From Eledone cirrhosa (taxonomy: Eukaryota), in NCBI GenBank assembly GCA_964016885.1, contig OZ024744.1, forward strand, positions 107,136,001-107,200,000: DNA of 64,000 nt. The letters run 5' to 3'. A program made the position numbers and the translations under genes. The notes beneath the pieces are model-generated. The model did not search any database, was not told where the DNA came from, and worked only from the letters and a program-made list of their open reading frames with translations. This document shows, piece after piece, positions 49,401 through 64,000 of this stretch. How positions within the stretch are numbered: the first letter of the stretch is position 1; each line of letters begins with the position of its first letter.

Positions 49401-52400
49401 CTATATAGTTCTGTAAATAGTAAGGTACTATATAGTTATGTAAATAGTAAGGTACTATATAGTTATGTAAATAGTAAGGTACTATATAGTTATGTAAATA
49501 GTAAGATACTATATAGTTCTGTAAATAGTAAGATACTATATAGTTCTGTAAATAGCAGAGTACTATATAGTTCTGTAAATAGTAAGGTACTATATAGTTC
49601 TGTAAATAGTAAAGTACTATATAGTTCTGTAAATAGAGTACTATATAGTTATGCAAATAGTAAGGTACTATATTGTTCTGTAAATACTAAGATACTATAT
49701 AGTTATGTAAATAGTAGAGTACTATATAGTTACGTAAATAGTAAGGTACTATATAGTTATGTAAATAGTAAAGTACTATATAGTTATGAAAATAGTAAGG
49801 TACTATATAGTTCTGTAAATAGTAAGGTACTATATAGTTATGTAAATAGTAAAGTACTATATAGTTCTGTAAATAGTAAAGTACTATATAGTTCTGTAAA
49901 TAGTAAGATACTATATAGTTCTGTAAATAGCAGAGTACTATATAGTTCTGTAAATAGCAGAGTACTATATAGTTCTGTAAATAGTAAAGTACTATATAGT
50001 TATGTAAATAGTAAGGTACTATATAGTTCTGTAAATAGTAAGGTACTATATAGTTCTGTAAATACTAAGGTACTATATAGTTCTGTAAATAGTAAAGTAC
50101 TATATAGTTATGTAAATAGTAAAGTACTATATAGTTATGTAAATAGTAAAGTACTATATAGTTATGTAAATAGTAAGATACTATATAGTTCTGTAAATAG
50201 TAAGATACTATATAGTTCTGTAAATAGTAAGATACTATATAGTTCTGTAAATAGTAAGGTACTATATAGTTCTGTAAATAGTAAGATACTATACAGTTCT
50301 GTAAATAGCAGAGTACTATATAGTTCTGTAAATAGTAAAGTACTATATAGTTCTGTAAATAGTAAAGTACTATATAGTTCTGTAAATAGTAAAGTACTAT
50401 ATAGTTCTGTAAATAGTAAAGTACTATATAGTTCTGTAAATAGTAAAGTACTATATAGTTCTGTAAATAGTAAGATACTATATAGTTCTGTAAATAGCAG
50501 AGTACTATATAGTTCTGTAAATAGTAAAGTACTATATAGTTATGTAAATAGTAAGGTACTATATAGTTATGTAAATAGTAAGGTACTATATAGTTCTGTA
50601 AATAGTAAGGTACTATATAGTTCTGTAAATAGTAAGATACTATAAAGTTCTGTAAATAGTAAAGTACTATATAGTTATATAAATAGTAAGATATATATAG
50701 TTATGTAAATAGTAAGATACTATATAGTTCTGTAAATAGTAAGATACTATATAGTTCTGTAAATAGTAAGATACTATATAGTTCTGTAAATACTAAGGTA
50801 CTATATAGTTATATAAATAGTAAGGTACTATATAATTCCGTAAATACAAAGGTACTATATAGTTATATAAATAGTAAGGTACTATATAGTTCTGTAAATA
50901 GTAAGATACTATATAGTTCTGTAAATAGTAAAGTACTATATAGTTATGTAAATAGTAAAGTACTATATAGTTATATAAATAGTAAGGTACTATATAGTTA
51001 TGTAAATAGTAGAGTACTATATAGTTCTGTAAATAGTAGAGTACTATATAGTACTGTAAATAGTAAGGTACTATATAGTTCTGTAAATAGTAAGGTACTA
51101 TATAGTTCTGTAAATAGTAAAGTACTATATAGTTATATAAATAGTAAAGTACTATATAGTTATGTAAATAGTAAGATACTATATAGTTCTGTAAATAGTA
51201 AGATACTATATAGTTCTGTAAATAGCAGAGTACTATATAGTTCTGTAAATAGTAAGGTACTATATAGTTCTGTAAATAGTAAAGTACTATATAGTTATGT
51301 AAATAGAGTACTATATAGTTATGCAAATAGTAAGGTACTATATTGTTCTGTAAATACTAAGATACTATATAGTTATGTAAATAGTAGAGTACTATATAGT
51401 TACGTAAATAGTAAGGTACTATATAGTTATGTAAATAGTAAAGTACTATATAGTTATGAAAATAGTAAGGTACTATATAGTTCTGTAAATAGTAAGGTAC
51501 TATATAGTTATGTAAATAGTAAAGTACTATATAGTTCTGTAAATAGTAAAGTACTATATAGTTCTGTAAATAGCAGAGTACTATATAGTTCTGTAAATAG
51601 CAGAGTACTATATAGTTCTGTAAATAGTAAAGTACTATATAGTTATGTAAATAGTAAGGTACTATATAGTTATGTAAATAGTAAGGTACTATATAGTTCT
51701 GTAAATAGTAAGGTACTATATAGTTCTGTAAATACTAAGGTACTATATAGTTCTGTAAATAGTAAAGTACTATATAGTTATGTAAATAGTAAAGTACTAT
51801 ATAGTTATGTAAATAGTAAAGTACTATATAGTTATGTATATAGTAAGATACTATATAGTTCTGTAAATAGTAAGATACTATATAGTTCTGTAAATAGCAG
51901 AGTACTATATAGTTCTGTAAATAGTAAGGTACTATATAGTTCTGTAAATAGTAAGGTACTATATAGTTCTGTAAATAGTAAGATACTATACAGTTCTGTA
52001 AATAGCAGAGTACTATATAGTTCTGTAAATAGTAACATACTATATAGTTCTGTAAATAGCAGAGTACTATATAGTTCTGTAAATAGTAAGGTACTATATA
52101 GTTCTGTAAATAGTAAAGTACTATATAGTTATGTAAATAGAGTACTATATAGTTATGCAAATAGTAAGGTACTATATTGTTCTGTAAATACTAAGATACT
52201 ATATAGTTATGTAAATAGTAGAGTACTATATAGTTACGTAAATAGTAAGGTACTATATAGTTATGTAAATAGTAAAGTACTATATAGTTATGAAAATAGT
52301 AAGGTACTATATAGTTCTGTAAATAGTAAGGTACTATATAGTTATGTAAATAGTAAGATACTATAAAGTTCTGTAAATAGTAAAGTACTATATAGTTATA

Positions 52401-55400
52401 TAAATAGTAAGATATATATAGTTATGTAAATAGTAAGGTACTATATAATTCCGTAAATACAAAGGTACTATATAGTTATATAAATAGTAAGGTACTATAT
52501 AGTTCTGTAAATAGTAAGATACTATATAGTTCTGTAAATAGTAAAGTACTATATAGTTATGTAAATAGTAAGATACTATATAGTTCTGTAAATAGTAAGA
52601 TACTATATAGTTCTGTAAATAGCAGAGTACTATATAGTTCTGTAAATAGTAAGGTACTATATAGTTCTGTAAATAGTAAAGTACTATATAGTTATGTAAA
52701 TAGAGTACTATATAGTTATGCAAATAGTAAGGTACTATATTGTTCTGTAAATACTAAGATACTATATAGTTATGTAAATAGTAGAGTACTATATAGTTAC
52801 GTAAATAGTAAGGTACTATATAGTTATGTAAATAGTAAAGTACTATATAGTTATATAAATAGTAAAGTACTATATAGTTATGTAAATAGTAAGATACTAT
52901 ATAGTTCTGTAAATAGTAAGATACTATATAGTTCTGTAAATAGCAGAGTACTATATAGTTCTGTAAATAGTAAGGTACTATATAGTTCTGTAAATAGTAA
53001 GGTACTATATAGTTCTGTAAATAGTAAAGTACTATATAGTTATGTAAATAGAGTACTATATAGTTATGCAAATAGTAAGGTACTATATTGTTCTGTAAAT
53101 ACTAAGATACTATATAGTTATGTAAATAGTAGAGTACTATATAGTTACGTAAATAGTAAGGTACTATATAGTTCTGTAAATAGTAAAGTACTATATAGTT
53201 ATGAAAATAGTAAGGTACTATATAGTTCTGTAAATAGTAAGGTACTATATAGTTATGTAAATAGTAAAGTACTATATAGTTCTGTAAATAGTAAAGTACT
53301 ATATAGTTCTGTAAATAGTAAGATACTATATAGTTCTGTAAATAGCAGAGTACTATATAGTTCTGTAAATAGCAGAGTACTATATAGTTCTGTAAATAGT
53401 AAAGTACTATATAGTTATGTAAATAGTAAGGTACTATATAGTTATGTAAATAGTAAGGTACTATATAGTTCTGTAAATAGTAAGGTACTATATAGTTCTG
53501 TAAATACTAAGGTACTATATAGTTCTGTAAATAGTAAAGTACTATATAGTTATGTAAATAGTAAAGTACTATATAGTTATGTAAATAGTAAAGTACTATA
53601 TAGTTATGTATATAGTAAGATACTATATAGTTCTGTAAATAGTAAGATACTATATAGTTCTGTAAATAGCAGAGTACTATATAGTTCTGTAAATAGTAAG
53701 GTACTATATAGTTCTGTAAATAGTAAGATACTATACAGTTCTGTAAATAGCAGAGTACTATATAGTTCTGTAAATAGTAAAGTACTATATAGTTCTGTAA
53801 ATAGTAAGGTACTATATAGTTCTGTAAATAGTAAAGTACTATATAGTTCTGTAAATAGTAAGATACTATATAGTTCTGTAAATAGTAAGATACTATATAG
53901 TTCTGTAAATAGTAAGATACTATATAGTTCTGTAAATAGTAAGATACTATATAGTTCTGTAAATAGTAAGATACTATATAGTTCTGTAAATAGCAGAGTA
54001 CTATATAGTTCTGTAAATAGCAGAGTACTATATAGTTCTGTAAATAGCAGAGTACTATATAGTTCTGTAAATAGTAAAGTACTATATAGTTCTGTAAATA
54101 GTAAGGTACTATATAGTTATGTAAATAGTAAGGTACTATATAGTTATGTAAATAGTAAGGTACTATATAGTTATGTAAATAGTAAGATACTATATAGTTC
54201 TGTAAATAGTAAGATACTATATAGTTCTGTAAATAGCAGAGTACTATATAGTTCTGTAAATAGTAAGGTACTATATAGTTCTGTAAATAGTAAAGTACTA
54301 TATAGTTCTGTAAATAGAGTACTATATAGTTATGCAAATAGTAAGGTACTATATTGTTCTGTAAATACTAAGATACTATATAGTTATGTAAATAGTAGAG
54401 TACTATATAGTTACGTAAATAGTAAGGTACTATATAGTTATGTAAATAGTAAAGTACTATATAGTTATGAAAATAGTAAGGTACTATATAGTTCTGTAAA
54501 TAGTAAGGTACTATATAGTTATGTAAATAGTAAAGTACTATATAGTTCTGTAAATAGTAAAGTACTATATAGTTCTGTAAATAGTAAGATACTATATAGT
54601 TCTGTAAATAGCAGAGTACTATATAGTTCTGTAAATAGCAGAGTACTATATAGTTCTGTAAATAGTAAAGTACTATATAGTTATGTAAATAGTAAGGTAC
54701 TATATAGTTCTGTAAATAGTAAGGTACTATATAGTTCTGTAAATACTAAGGTACTATATAGTTCTGTAAATAGTAAAGTACTATATAGTTATGTAAATAG
54801 TAAAGTACTATATAGTTATGTAAATAGTAAAGTACTATATAGTTATGTAAATAGTAAGATACTATATAGTTCTGTAAATAGTAAGATACTATATAGTTCT
54901 GTAAATAGTAAGATACTATATAGTTCTGTAAATAGTAAGGTACTATATAGTTCTGTAAATAGTAAGATACTATACAGTTCTGTAAATAGCAGAGTACTAT
55001 ATAGTTCTGTAAATAGTAAAGTACTATATAGTTCTGTAAATAGTAAAGTACTATATAGTTCTGTAAATAGTAAAGTACTATATAGTTCTGTAAATAGTAA
55101 AGTACTATATAGTTCTGTAAATAGTAAAGTACTATATAGTTCTGTAAATAGTAAGATACTATATAGTTCTGTAAATAGCAGAGTACTATATAGTTCTGTA
55201 AATAGTAAAGTACTATATAGTTATGTAAATAGTAAGGTACTATATAGTTATGTAAATAGTAAGGTACTATATAGTTCTGTAAATAGTAAGGTACTATATA
55301 GTTCTGTAAATAGTAAGATACTATAAAGTTCTGTAAATAGTAAAGTACTATATAGTTATATAAATAGTAAGATATATATAGTTATGTAAATAGTAAGATA

Positions 55401-58400
55401 CTATATAGTTCTGTAAATAGTAAGATACTATATAGTTCTGTAAATAGTAAGATACTATATAGTTCTGTAAATACTAAGGTACTATATAGTTATATAAATA
55501 GTAAGGTACTATATAATTCCGTAAATACAAAGGTACTATATAGTTATATAAATAGTAAGGTACTATATAGTTCTGTAAATAGTAAGATACTATATAGTTC
55601 TGTAAATAGTAAAGTACTATATAGTTATGTAAATAGTAAAGTACTATATAGTTATATAAATAGTAAGGTACTATATAGTTATGTAAATAGTAGAGTACTA
55701 TATAGTTCTGTAAATAGTAGAGTACTATATAGTACTGTAAATAGTAAGGTACTATATAGTTCTGTAAATAGTAAGGTACTATATAGTTCTGTAAATAGTA
55801 AAGTACTATATAGTTATATAAATAGTAAAGTACTATATAGTTATGTAAATAGTAAGATACTATATAGTTCTGTAAATAGTAAGATACTATATAGTTCTGT
55901 AAATAGCAGAGTACTATATAGTTCTGTAAATAGTAAGGTACTATATAGTTCTGTAAATAGTAAAGTACTATATAGTTATGTAAATAGAGTACTATATAGT
56001 TATGCAAATAGTAAGGTACTATATTGTTCTGTAAATACTAAGATACTATATAGTTATGTAAATAGTAGAGTACTATATAGTTACGTAAATAGTAAGGTAC
56101 TATATAGTTATGTAAATAGTAAAGTACTATATAGTTATGAAAATAGTAAGGTACTATATAGTTCTGTAAATAGTAAGGTACTATATAGTTATGTAAATAG
56201 TAAAGTACTATATAGTTCTGTAAATAGTAAAGTACTATATAGTTCTGTAAATAGCAGAGTACTATATAGTTCTGTAAATAGCAGAGTACTATATAGTTCT
56301 GTAAATAGTAAAGTACTATATAGTTATGTAAATAGTAAGGTACTATATAGTTATGTAAATAGTAAGGTACTATATAGTTCTGTAAATAGTAAGGTACTAT
56401 ATAGTTCTGTAAATACTAAGGTACTATATAGTTCTGTAAATAGTAAAGTACTATATAGTTATGTAAATAGTAAAGTACTATATAGTTATGTAAATAGTAA
56501 AGTACTATATAGTTATGTATATAGTAAGATACTATATAGTTCTGTAAATAGTAAGATACTATATAGTTCTGTAAATAGCAGAGTACTATATAGTTCTGTA
56601 AATAGTAAGGTACTATATAGTTCTGTAAATAGTAAGGTACTATATAGTTCTGTAAATAGTAAGATACTATACAGTTCTGTAAATAGCAGAGTACTATATA
56701 GTTCTGTAAATAGTAACATACTATATAGTTCTGTAAATAGCAGAGTACTATATAGTTCTGTAAATAGTAAGGTACTATATAGTTCTGTAAATAGTAAAGT
56801 ACTATATAGTTATGTAAATAGAGTACTATATAGTTATGCAAATAGTAAGGTACTATATTGTTCTGTAAATACTAAGATACTATATAGTTATGTAAATAGT
56901 AGAGTACTATATAGTTACGTAAATAGTAAGGTACTATATAGTTATGTAAATAGTAAAGTACTATATAGTTATGAAAATAGTAAGGTACTATATAGTTCTG
57001 TAAATAGTAAGGTACTATATAGTTATGTAAATAGTAAGATACTATAAAGTTCTGTAAATAGTAAAGTACTATATAGTTATATAAATAGTAAGATATATAT
57101 AGTTATGTAAATAGTAAGGTACTATATAATTCCGTAAATACAAAGGTACTATATAGTTATATAAATAGTAAGGTACTATATAGTTCTGTAAATAGTAAGA
57201 TACTATATAGTTCTGTAAATAGTAAAGTACTATATAGTTATGTAAATAGTAAGATACTATATAGTTCTGTAAATAGTAAGATACTATATAGTTCTGTAAA
57301 TAGCAGAGTACTATATAGTTCTGTAAATAGTAAGGTACTATATAGTTCTGTAAATAGTAAAGTACTATATAGTTATGTAAATAGAGTACTATATAGTTAT
57401 GCAAATAGTAAGGTACTATATTGTTCTGTAAATACTAAGATACTATATAGTTATGTAAATAGTAGAGTACTATATAGTTACGTAAATAGTAAGGTACTAT
57501 ATAGTTATGTAAATAGTAAAGTACTATATAGTTATGAAAATAGTAAGGTACTATATAGTTCTGTAAATAGTAAGGTACTATATAGTTATGTAAATAGTAA
57601 AGTACTATATAGTTCTGTAAATAGTAAAGTACTATATAGTTCTGTAAATAGTAAGATACTATATAGTTCTGTAAATAGCAGAGTACTATATAGTTCTGTA
57701 AATAGCAGAGTACTATATAGTTCTGTAAATAGTAAAGTACTATATAGTTCTGTAAATAGTAAGGTACTATATAGTTATGTAAATAGTAAGGTACTATATA
57801 GTTCTGTAAATAGTAAGGTACTATATAGTTCTGTAAATACTAAGGTACTATATAGTTCTGTAAATAGTAAAGTACTATATAGTTATGTAAATAGTAAAGT
57901 ACTATATAGTTATGTAAATAGTAAAGTACTATATAGTTATGTATATAGTAAGATACTATATAGTTCTGTAAATAGTAAGATACTATATAGTTCTGTAAAT
58001 AGCAGAGTACTATATAGTTCTGTAAATAGTAAGGTACTATATAGTTCTGTAAATAGTAAGATACTATACAGTTCTGTAAATAGCAGAGTACTATATAGTT
58101 CTGTAAATAGTAAAGTACTATATAGTTCTGTAAATAGTAAGGTACTATATAGTTCTGTAAATAGTAAAGTACTATATAGTTCTGTAAATAGTAAAGTACT
58201 ATATAGTTCTGTAAATAGTAAGATACTATATAGTTCTGTAAATAGTAAGATACTATATAGTTCTGTAAATAGTAAGATACTATATAGTTCTGTAAATAGT
58301 AAGATACTATATAGTTCTGTAAATAGCAGAGTACTATATAGTTCTGTAAATAGCAGAGTACTATATAGTTCTGTAAATAGTAAAGTACTATATAGTTCTG

Positions 58401-61400
58401 TAAATAGTAAGGTACTATATAGTTATGTAAATAGTAAGGTACTATATAGTTATGTAAATAGTAAGGTACTATATAGTTATGTAAATAGTAAGATACTATA
58501 TAGTTCTGTAAATAGTAAGATACTATATAGTTCTGTAAATAGCAGAGTACTATATAGTTCTGTAAATAGTAAGGTACTATATAGTTCTGTAAATAGTAAA
58601 GTACTATATAGTTATGTAAATAGAGTACTATATAGTTATGCAAATAGTAAGGTACTATATTGTTCTGTAAATACTAAGATACTATATAGTTATGTAAATA
58701 GTAGAGTACTATATAGTTACGTAAATAGTAAGGTACTATATAGTTATGTAAATAGTAAAGTACTATATAGTTATGAAAATAGTAAGGTACTATATAGTCC
58801 TGTAAATAGTAAGGTACTATATAGTTATGTAAATAGTAAAGTACTATATAGTTCTGTAAATAGTAAAGTACTATATAGTTCTGTAAATAGTAAGATACTA
58901 TATAGTTCTGTAAATAGCAGAGTACTATATAGTTCTGTAAATAGCAGAGTACTATATAGTTCTGTAAATAGTAAAGTACTATATAGTTATGTAAATAGTA
59001 AGGTACTATATAGTTCTGTAAATAGTAAGGTACTATATAGTTCTGTAAATACTAAGGTACTATATAGTTCTGTAAATAGTAAAGTACTATATAGTTATGT
59101 AAATAGTAAAGTACTATATAGTTATGTAAATAGTAAAGTACTATATAGTTATGTAAATAGTAAGATACTATATAGTTCTGTAAATAGTAAGATACTATAT
59201 AGTTCTGTAAATAGTAAGATACTATATAGTTCTGTAAATAGTAAGGTACTATATAGTTCTGTAAATAGTAAGATACTATACAGTTCTGTAAATAGCAGAG
59301 TACTATATAGTTCTGTAAATAGTAAAGTACTATATAGTTCTGTAAATAGTAAAGTACTATATAGTTCTGTAAATAGTAAAGTACTATATAGTTATGTAAA
59401 TAGTAAGGTACTATATAGTTATGTAAATAGTAAGGTACTATATAGTTCTGTAAATAGTAAGGTACTATATAGTTCTGTAAATAGTAAGATACTATAAAGT
59501 TCTGTAAATAGTAAAGTACTATATAGTTATATAAATAGTAAGATATATATAGTTATGTAAATAGTAAGATACTATATAGTTCTGTAAATAGTAAGATACT
59601 ATATAGTTCTGTAAATAGTAAGATACTATATAGTTCTGTAAATACTAAGGTACTATATAGTTATATAAATAGTAAGGTACTATATAATTCCGTAAATACA
59701 AAGGTACTATATAGTTATATAAATAGTAAGGTACTATATAGTTCTGTAAATAGTAAGATACTATATAGTTCTGTAAATAGTAAAGTACTATATAGTTATG
59801 TAAATAGTAAAGTACTATATAGTTATATAAATAGTAAGGTACTATATAGTTCTGTAAATAGTAGAGTACTATATAGTACTGTAAATAGTAAGGTACTATA
59901 TAGTTCTGTAAATAGTAAGGTACTATATAGTTCTGTAAATAGTAAAGTACTATATAGTTATATAAATAGTAAAGTACTATATAGTTATGTAAATAGTAAG
60001 ATACTATATAGTTCTGTAAATAGTAAGATACTATATAGTTCTGTAAATAGCAGAGTATTATATAGTTCTGTAAATAGTAAGGTACTATATAGTTCTGTAA
60101 ATAGTAAAGTACTATATAGTTATGTAAATAGAGTACTATATAGTTATGCAAATAGTAAGGTACTATATTGTTCTGTAAATACTAAGATACTATATAGTTA
60201 TGTAAATAGTAGAGTACTATATAGTTACGTAAATAGTAAGGTACTATATAGTTATGTAAATAGTAAAGTACTATATAGTTATGAAAATAGTAAGGTACTA
60301 TATAGTTCTGTAAATAGTAAGGTACTATATAGTTATGTAAATAGTAAAGTACTATATAGTTCTGTAAATAGTAAAGTACTATATAGTTCTGTAAATAGTA
60401 AGATACTATATAGTTCTGTAAATAGCAGAGTACTATATAGTTCTGTAAATAGCAGAGTACTATATAGTTCTGTAAATAGTAAAGTACTATATAGTTATGT
60501 AAATAGTAAGGTACTATATAGTTATGTAAATAGTAAGGTACTATATAGTTCTGTAAATAGTAAGGTACTATATAGTTCTGTAAATACTAAGGTACTATAT
60601 AGTTCTGTAAATAGTAAAGTACTATATAGTTATGTAAATAGTAAAGTACTATATAGTTATGTAAATAGTAAAGTACTATATAGTTATGTATATAGTAAGA
60701 TACTATATAGTTCTGTAAATAGTAAGATACTATATAGTTCTGTAAATAGCAGAGTACTATATAGTTCTGTAAATAGTAAGGTACTATATAGTTCTGTAAA
60801 TAGTAAGATACTATACAGTTCTGTAAATAGCAGAGTACTATATAGTTCTGTAAATAGTAAAGTACTATATAGTTCTGTAAATAGTAAGGTACTATATAGT
60901 TCTGTAAATAGTAAAGTACTATATAGTTCTGTAAATAGCAGAGTACTATATAGTTCTGTAAATAGTAAGGTACTATATAGTTCTGTAAATAGTAAAGTAC
61001 TATATAGTTATGTAAATAGAGTACTATATAGTTATGCAAATAGTAAGGTACTATATTGTTCTGTAAATACTAAGATACTATATAGTTATGTAAATAGTAG
61101 AGTACTATATAGTTACATAAATAGTAAGGTACTATATAGTTATGTAAATAGTAAGGTACTATATAGTTATGTAAATAGTAAGGTACTATATAGTTATGTA
61201 AATAGTAAGATACTATATAGTTCTGTAAATAGTAAGATACTATATAGTTCTGTAAATAGCAGAGTACTATATAGTTCTGTAAATAGTAAGGTACTATATA
61301 GTTCTGTAAATAGTAAAGTACTATATCGTTATGTAAATAGAGTACTATATAGTTATGCAAATAGTAAGGTACTATATTGTTCTGTAAATACTAAGATACT

Positions 61401-62788
61401 ATATAGTTCTGTAAATAGCAGAGTACTATATAGTTCTGTAAATAGCAGAGTACTATATAGTTCTGTAAATAGTAAAGTACTATATAGTTATGTAAATAGT
61501 AAGGTACTATATAGTTCTGTAAATAGTAAGGTACTATATAGTTCTGTAAATACTAAGGTACTATATAGTTCTGTAAATAGTAAAGTACTATATAGTTATG
61601 TAAATAGTAAAGTACTATATAGTTATGTAAATAGTAAAGTACTATATAGTTATGTAAATAGTAAGATACTATATAGTTCTGTAAATAGTAAGATACTATA
61701 TAGTTCTGTAAATAGTAAGATACTATATAGTTCTGTAAATAGTAAGGTACTATATAGTTCTGTAAATAGTAAGATACTATACAGTTCTGTAAATAACAGA
61801 GTACTATATAGTTCTGTAAATAGTAAAGTACTATATAGTTCTGTAAATAGTAAAGTACTATATAGTTCTGTAAATAGTAAAGTACTATATAGTTCTGTAA
61901 ATAGTAAAGTACTATATAGTTCTGTAAATAGTAAAGTACTATATAGTTCTGTAAATAGTAAGATACTATATAGTTCTGTAAATAGCAGAGTACTATATAG
62001 TTCTGTAAATAGCAGAGTACTATATAGTTCTGTAAATAGTAAAGTACTATATAGTTATGTAAATAGTAAGGTACTATATAGTTATGTAAATAGTAAGGTA
62101 CTATATAGTTCTGTAAATAGTAAGGTACTATATAGTTCTGTAAATAGTAAGATACTATATAGTTATGTAAATAGTAAGATACTATATAGTTCTGTAAATA
62201 GTAAGATACTATATAGTTCTGTAAATAGTAAGATACTATATAGTTCTGTAAATAGTAAGATACTATATAGTTCTGTAAATAGTAAAGTACTATATAGTTC
62301 TGTAAATAGTAAGATACTATATAGTTCTGTAAATAGTAAGGTACTATATAGTTCTGTAAATAGTAAGATACTATATAGTTCTGTAAATAGTAAAGTACTA
62401 TATAGTTCTGTAAATAGTAAAGTACTATATAGTTCTGTAAATAGTAAAGTACTATATAGTTCTGTAAATAGTAAGATACTATATAGTTCTGTAAATAGTA
62501 AGATACTATATAGTTCTGTAAATAGCAGAGTACTATATAATTCTGTAAATAGCAGAGTACTATATAGTTCTGTAAATAGTAAGGTACTATATTGTTCTGT
62601 AAATAGTAAGGTACTATATAGTTCTGTAAATAGTAAGATACTATATAGTTCTGTAAATAGCAGAGTACTATATAGTTCTGTAAATAATAAGGTACTATAT
62701 AGTTATGTAAATAGTAAAGTACTATATTGTTCTGTAAATAGTAAGGTACTATATAGTTCTGTAAATAGTAAAGTACTATATAGTTCTG
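46497..62788. repeat. 27-bp satellite, about 15.5 kb, with higher-order structure
   Basis: Unit aatagtaaggtactatatagttctgta containing the palindrome ACTATATAGT; fills nearly the whole intron. Confidence 0.98.
46838..47558 (+). mobile_element. Non-coding 721-bp retro-insertion with a (TTA)n tail and 11-bp TSD
   Basis: tagtaaggtac is duplicated at 46827-46837 and 47559-47569; CpG-rich compared with its flanks; hammerhead-like CAGAAGA-tccc-gttaa-gggt-GAAA at about 47404-47427. Confidence 0.7.
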
Positions 62789-62854
62789 TGCCAGTATACC
62801 ACCAGCTTAATACCAAGATCAAATCAATATGTAAACAAATGAAGTTATACTTAC

Positions 62855-62896
62855 CAAATGAACAGGCACAACAATTTGTTCGAGATCCCAGAGTGC
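62855..62896 (-). CDS. PPP4R4: PPP4R4-like exon (42 bp)
   Basis: tctag acceptor, gtaag donor, phase 0-0; ALWDLEQIVVPVHL continues the frame of the previous exon. Confidence 0.82.
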
Positions 62897-63053
62897 CTAG
62901 ATTTAAATTTAAAAAAATATTTTATTTCATTAAACATAAACTTAACAGAAGTTTAAGATAAAATAATATTTTCAGAAAGGTTCAAGTAATATTGTTGAAA
63001 TAAGAATTAACAATGAAGAGAAAAAAAAAAGGGTTGGGGTAGAAGTGAGATAT

Positions 63054-63266
63054 CAACTAAGATGAGGACACTGGTCTGAAAATATCTGTGTTTAATAACA
63101 ATACCTCTGAAGATGGCCAGAGGGTAGAACATCTGAAATGTTGTGACTATAACAACTAAGAGAAGGACACTGGTCTGGATATACCAGTGTAAAATTACAA
63201 TACCTCTGAAGATGGCCAGAAGGTAGACCATCTGAGATATTGTGACTATAACAACCAAGAGAAGGA
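63054..63266 (+). repeat. Two tandem ~99-bp units with degenerate hammerhead-like cores
   Basis: caactaaga..aggacactggtctg...tacctCTGAAGAtggccaga..gtag..catctGA(A/G)A repeated. Confidence 0.6.
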
Positions 63267-63561
63267 TGTATTAATTTATAATATAAGTTGCGTGTGTGCT
63301 TGTTTGTGCATCCATACCTATGCGTTTTTCTCCTGCAACTTAGAGGTTCAACAAGAAGAAATTGATGAAATAAGTACCAGACTTGAAAAGAAAAAATGTT
63401 CTGGGGTTGATATGATCTACTGAATCCCTTCAAAGCATGGCTACTCTGAAGCCAGTAAAATAAACAAACGTAATAATAGATCCATAATAAGAAAAGAAAG
63501 ATATGTGTGATACTGCTTTGTTACCTCTTTAACAAAGGTGAGAACAATTTGGTCTTCTTAC

Positions 63562-63851
63562 CTGTTTAGCAAAGGTGAGAACATCTGGGTCTTTATCAGA
63601 TCTGAGTATTTTACCGGCAACCTTACAGAGATCAGATAATCGGGCATCATCTTCAGGTAGGCTTAGTGTTTGTTTCATGTACGGAATGAATCTAAATAGT
63701 TTTAATCGGATATTTGGAACTGGATCACAATAGAGGCTGAGAGCATTATCAAAAAACTTCTCCTTGAAAAATGACTTTGAATAGATATCTAAACTGATGC
63801 TGCAAACATCGAGGTACAAACTGCGGAAGTAGCAGTTACCCGCCGATAACT
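63562..63851 (-). CDS. PPP4R4: PPP4R4-like coding exon (last HEAT-repeat region)
   Basis: ttccag acceptor and gtaag donor; 290 bp, phase 1 to 0. It encodes ELSAGNCYFRSLYLDVCSISLDIYSKSFFKEKFFDNALSLYCDPVPNIRLKL...DKDPDVLTFAKQ, which resembles my recollection of vertebrate PPP4R4 (IFSKSFFCKYFF...HDPVANVRMKL...EKDKDVL). Confidence 0.88.
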
Positions 63852-63957
63852 CTGGAAACAAACAAACAAACAAAAAGCAATAAGAGAGACGTAAAAAGAA
63901 TATTTCTTATGAAACAAAAAAGGAAAATAAAAATTACAAATTTAAATTGAACACACA

Positions 63958-64000
63958 CATCATCATCATCAACGTTTAACGTCCGTGTTCCACGCTTGCA
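63958..64000 (-). mobile_element. RTE-type SINE/LINE 3' tail
   Basis: Reverse complement of tgcaagcgtggaacacggacgttaaa..(gat)n. Confidence 0.6.

Noticed and set aside
47803-61360. ORFs (YYLQNYIVL)n
   Set aside because: Artefacts of the 27-bp satellite; useful only as markers of higher-order periodicity.

Overview
AT-rich, repeat-dense eukaryotic (animal) genomic DNA; the SINE/LINE repertoire suggests a cephalopod such as Octopus (inference). The backbone is the 3' part of a minus-strand gene resembling PPP4R4 (PP4 regulatory subunit 4). I reconstructed 11 phase-consistent GT-AG coding exons from 63851 down to a TAA stop at 10561. Its disordered C-terminal tail carries about seven S/T-x-I/L-P (EB1-binding-type) motifs spread over small exons. 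Introns and flanks are filled with locus-private tandem arrays (27, 37, 49, 54, 60, 65 bp units and others) and with transposable elements: two Penelope-like elements and several hammerhead-ribozyme-like motifs; a near-intact RTE LINE whose ORF carries an internal PHD-type finger, plus SINEs sharing its 5' and 3' parts; an old RTE whose coding sequence seeded a 65-bp satellite; two Helitrons; a Merlin-like TIR element carrying Tx1/L1 fragments; and CR1 and Tx1 fragments. No database searches were run, so family calls rest on motif recognition.
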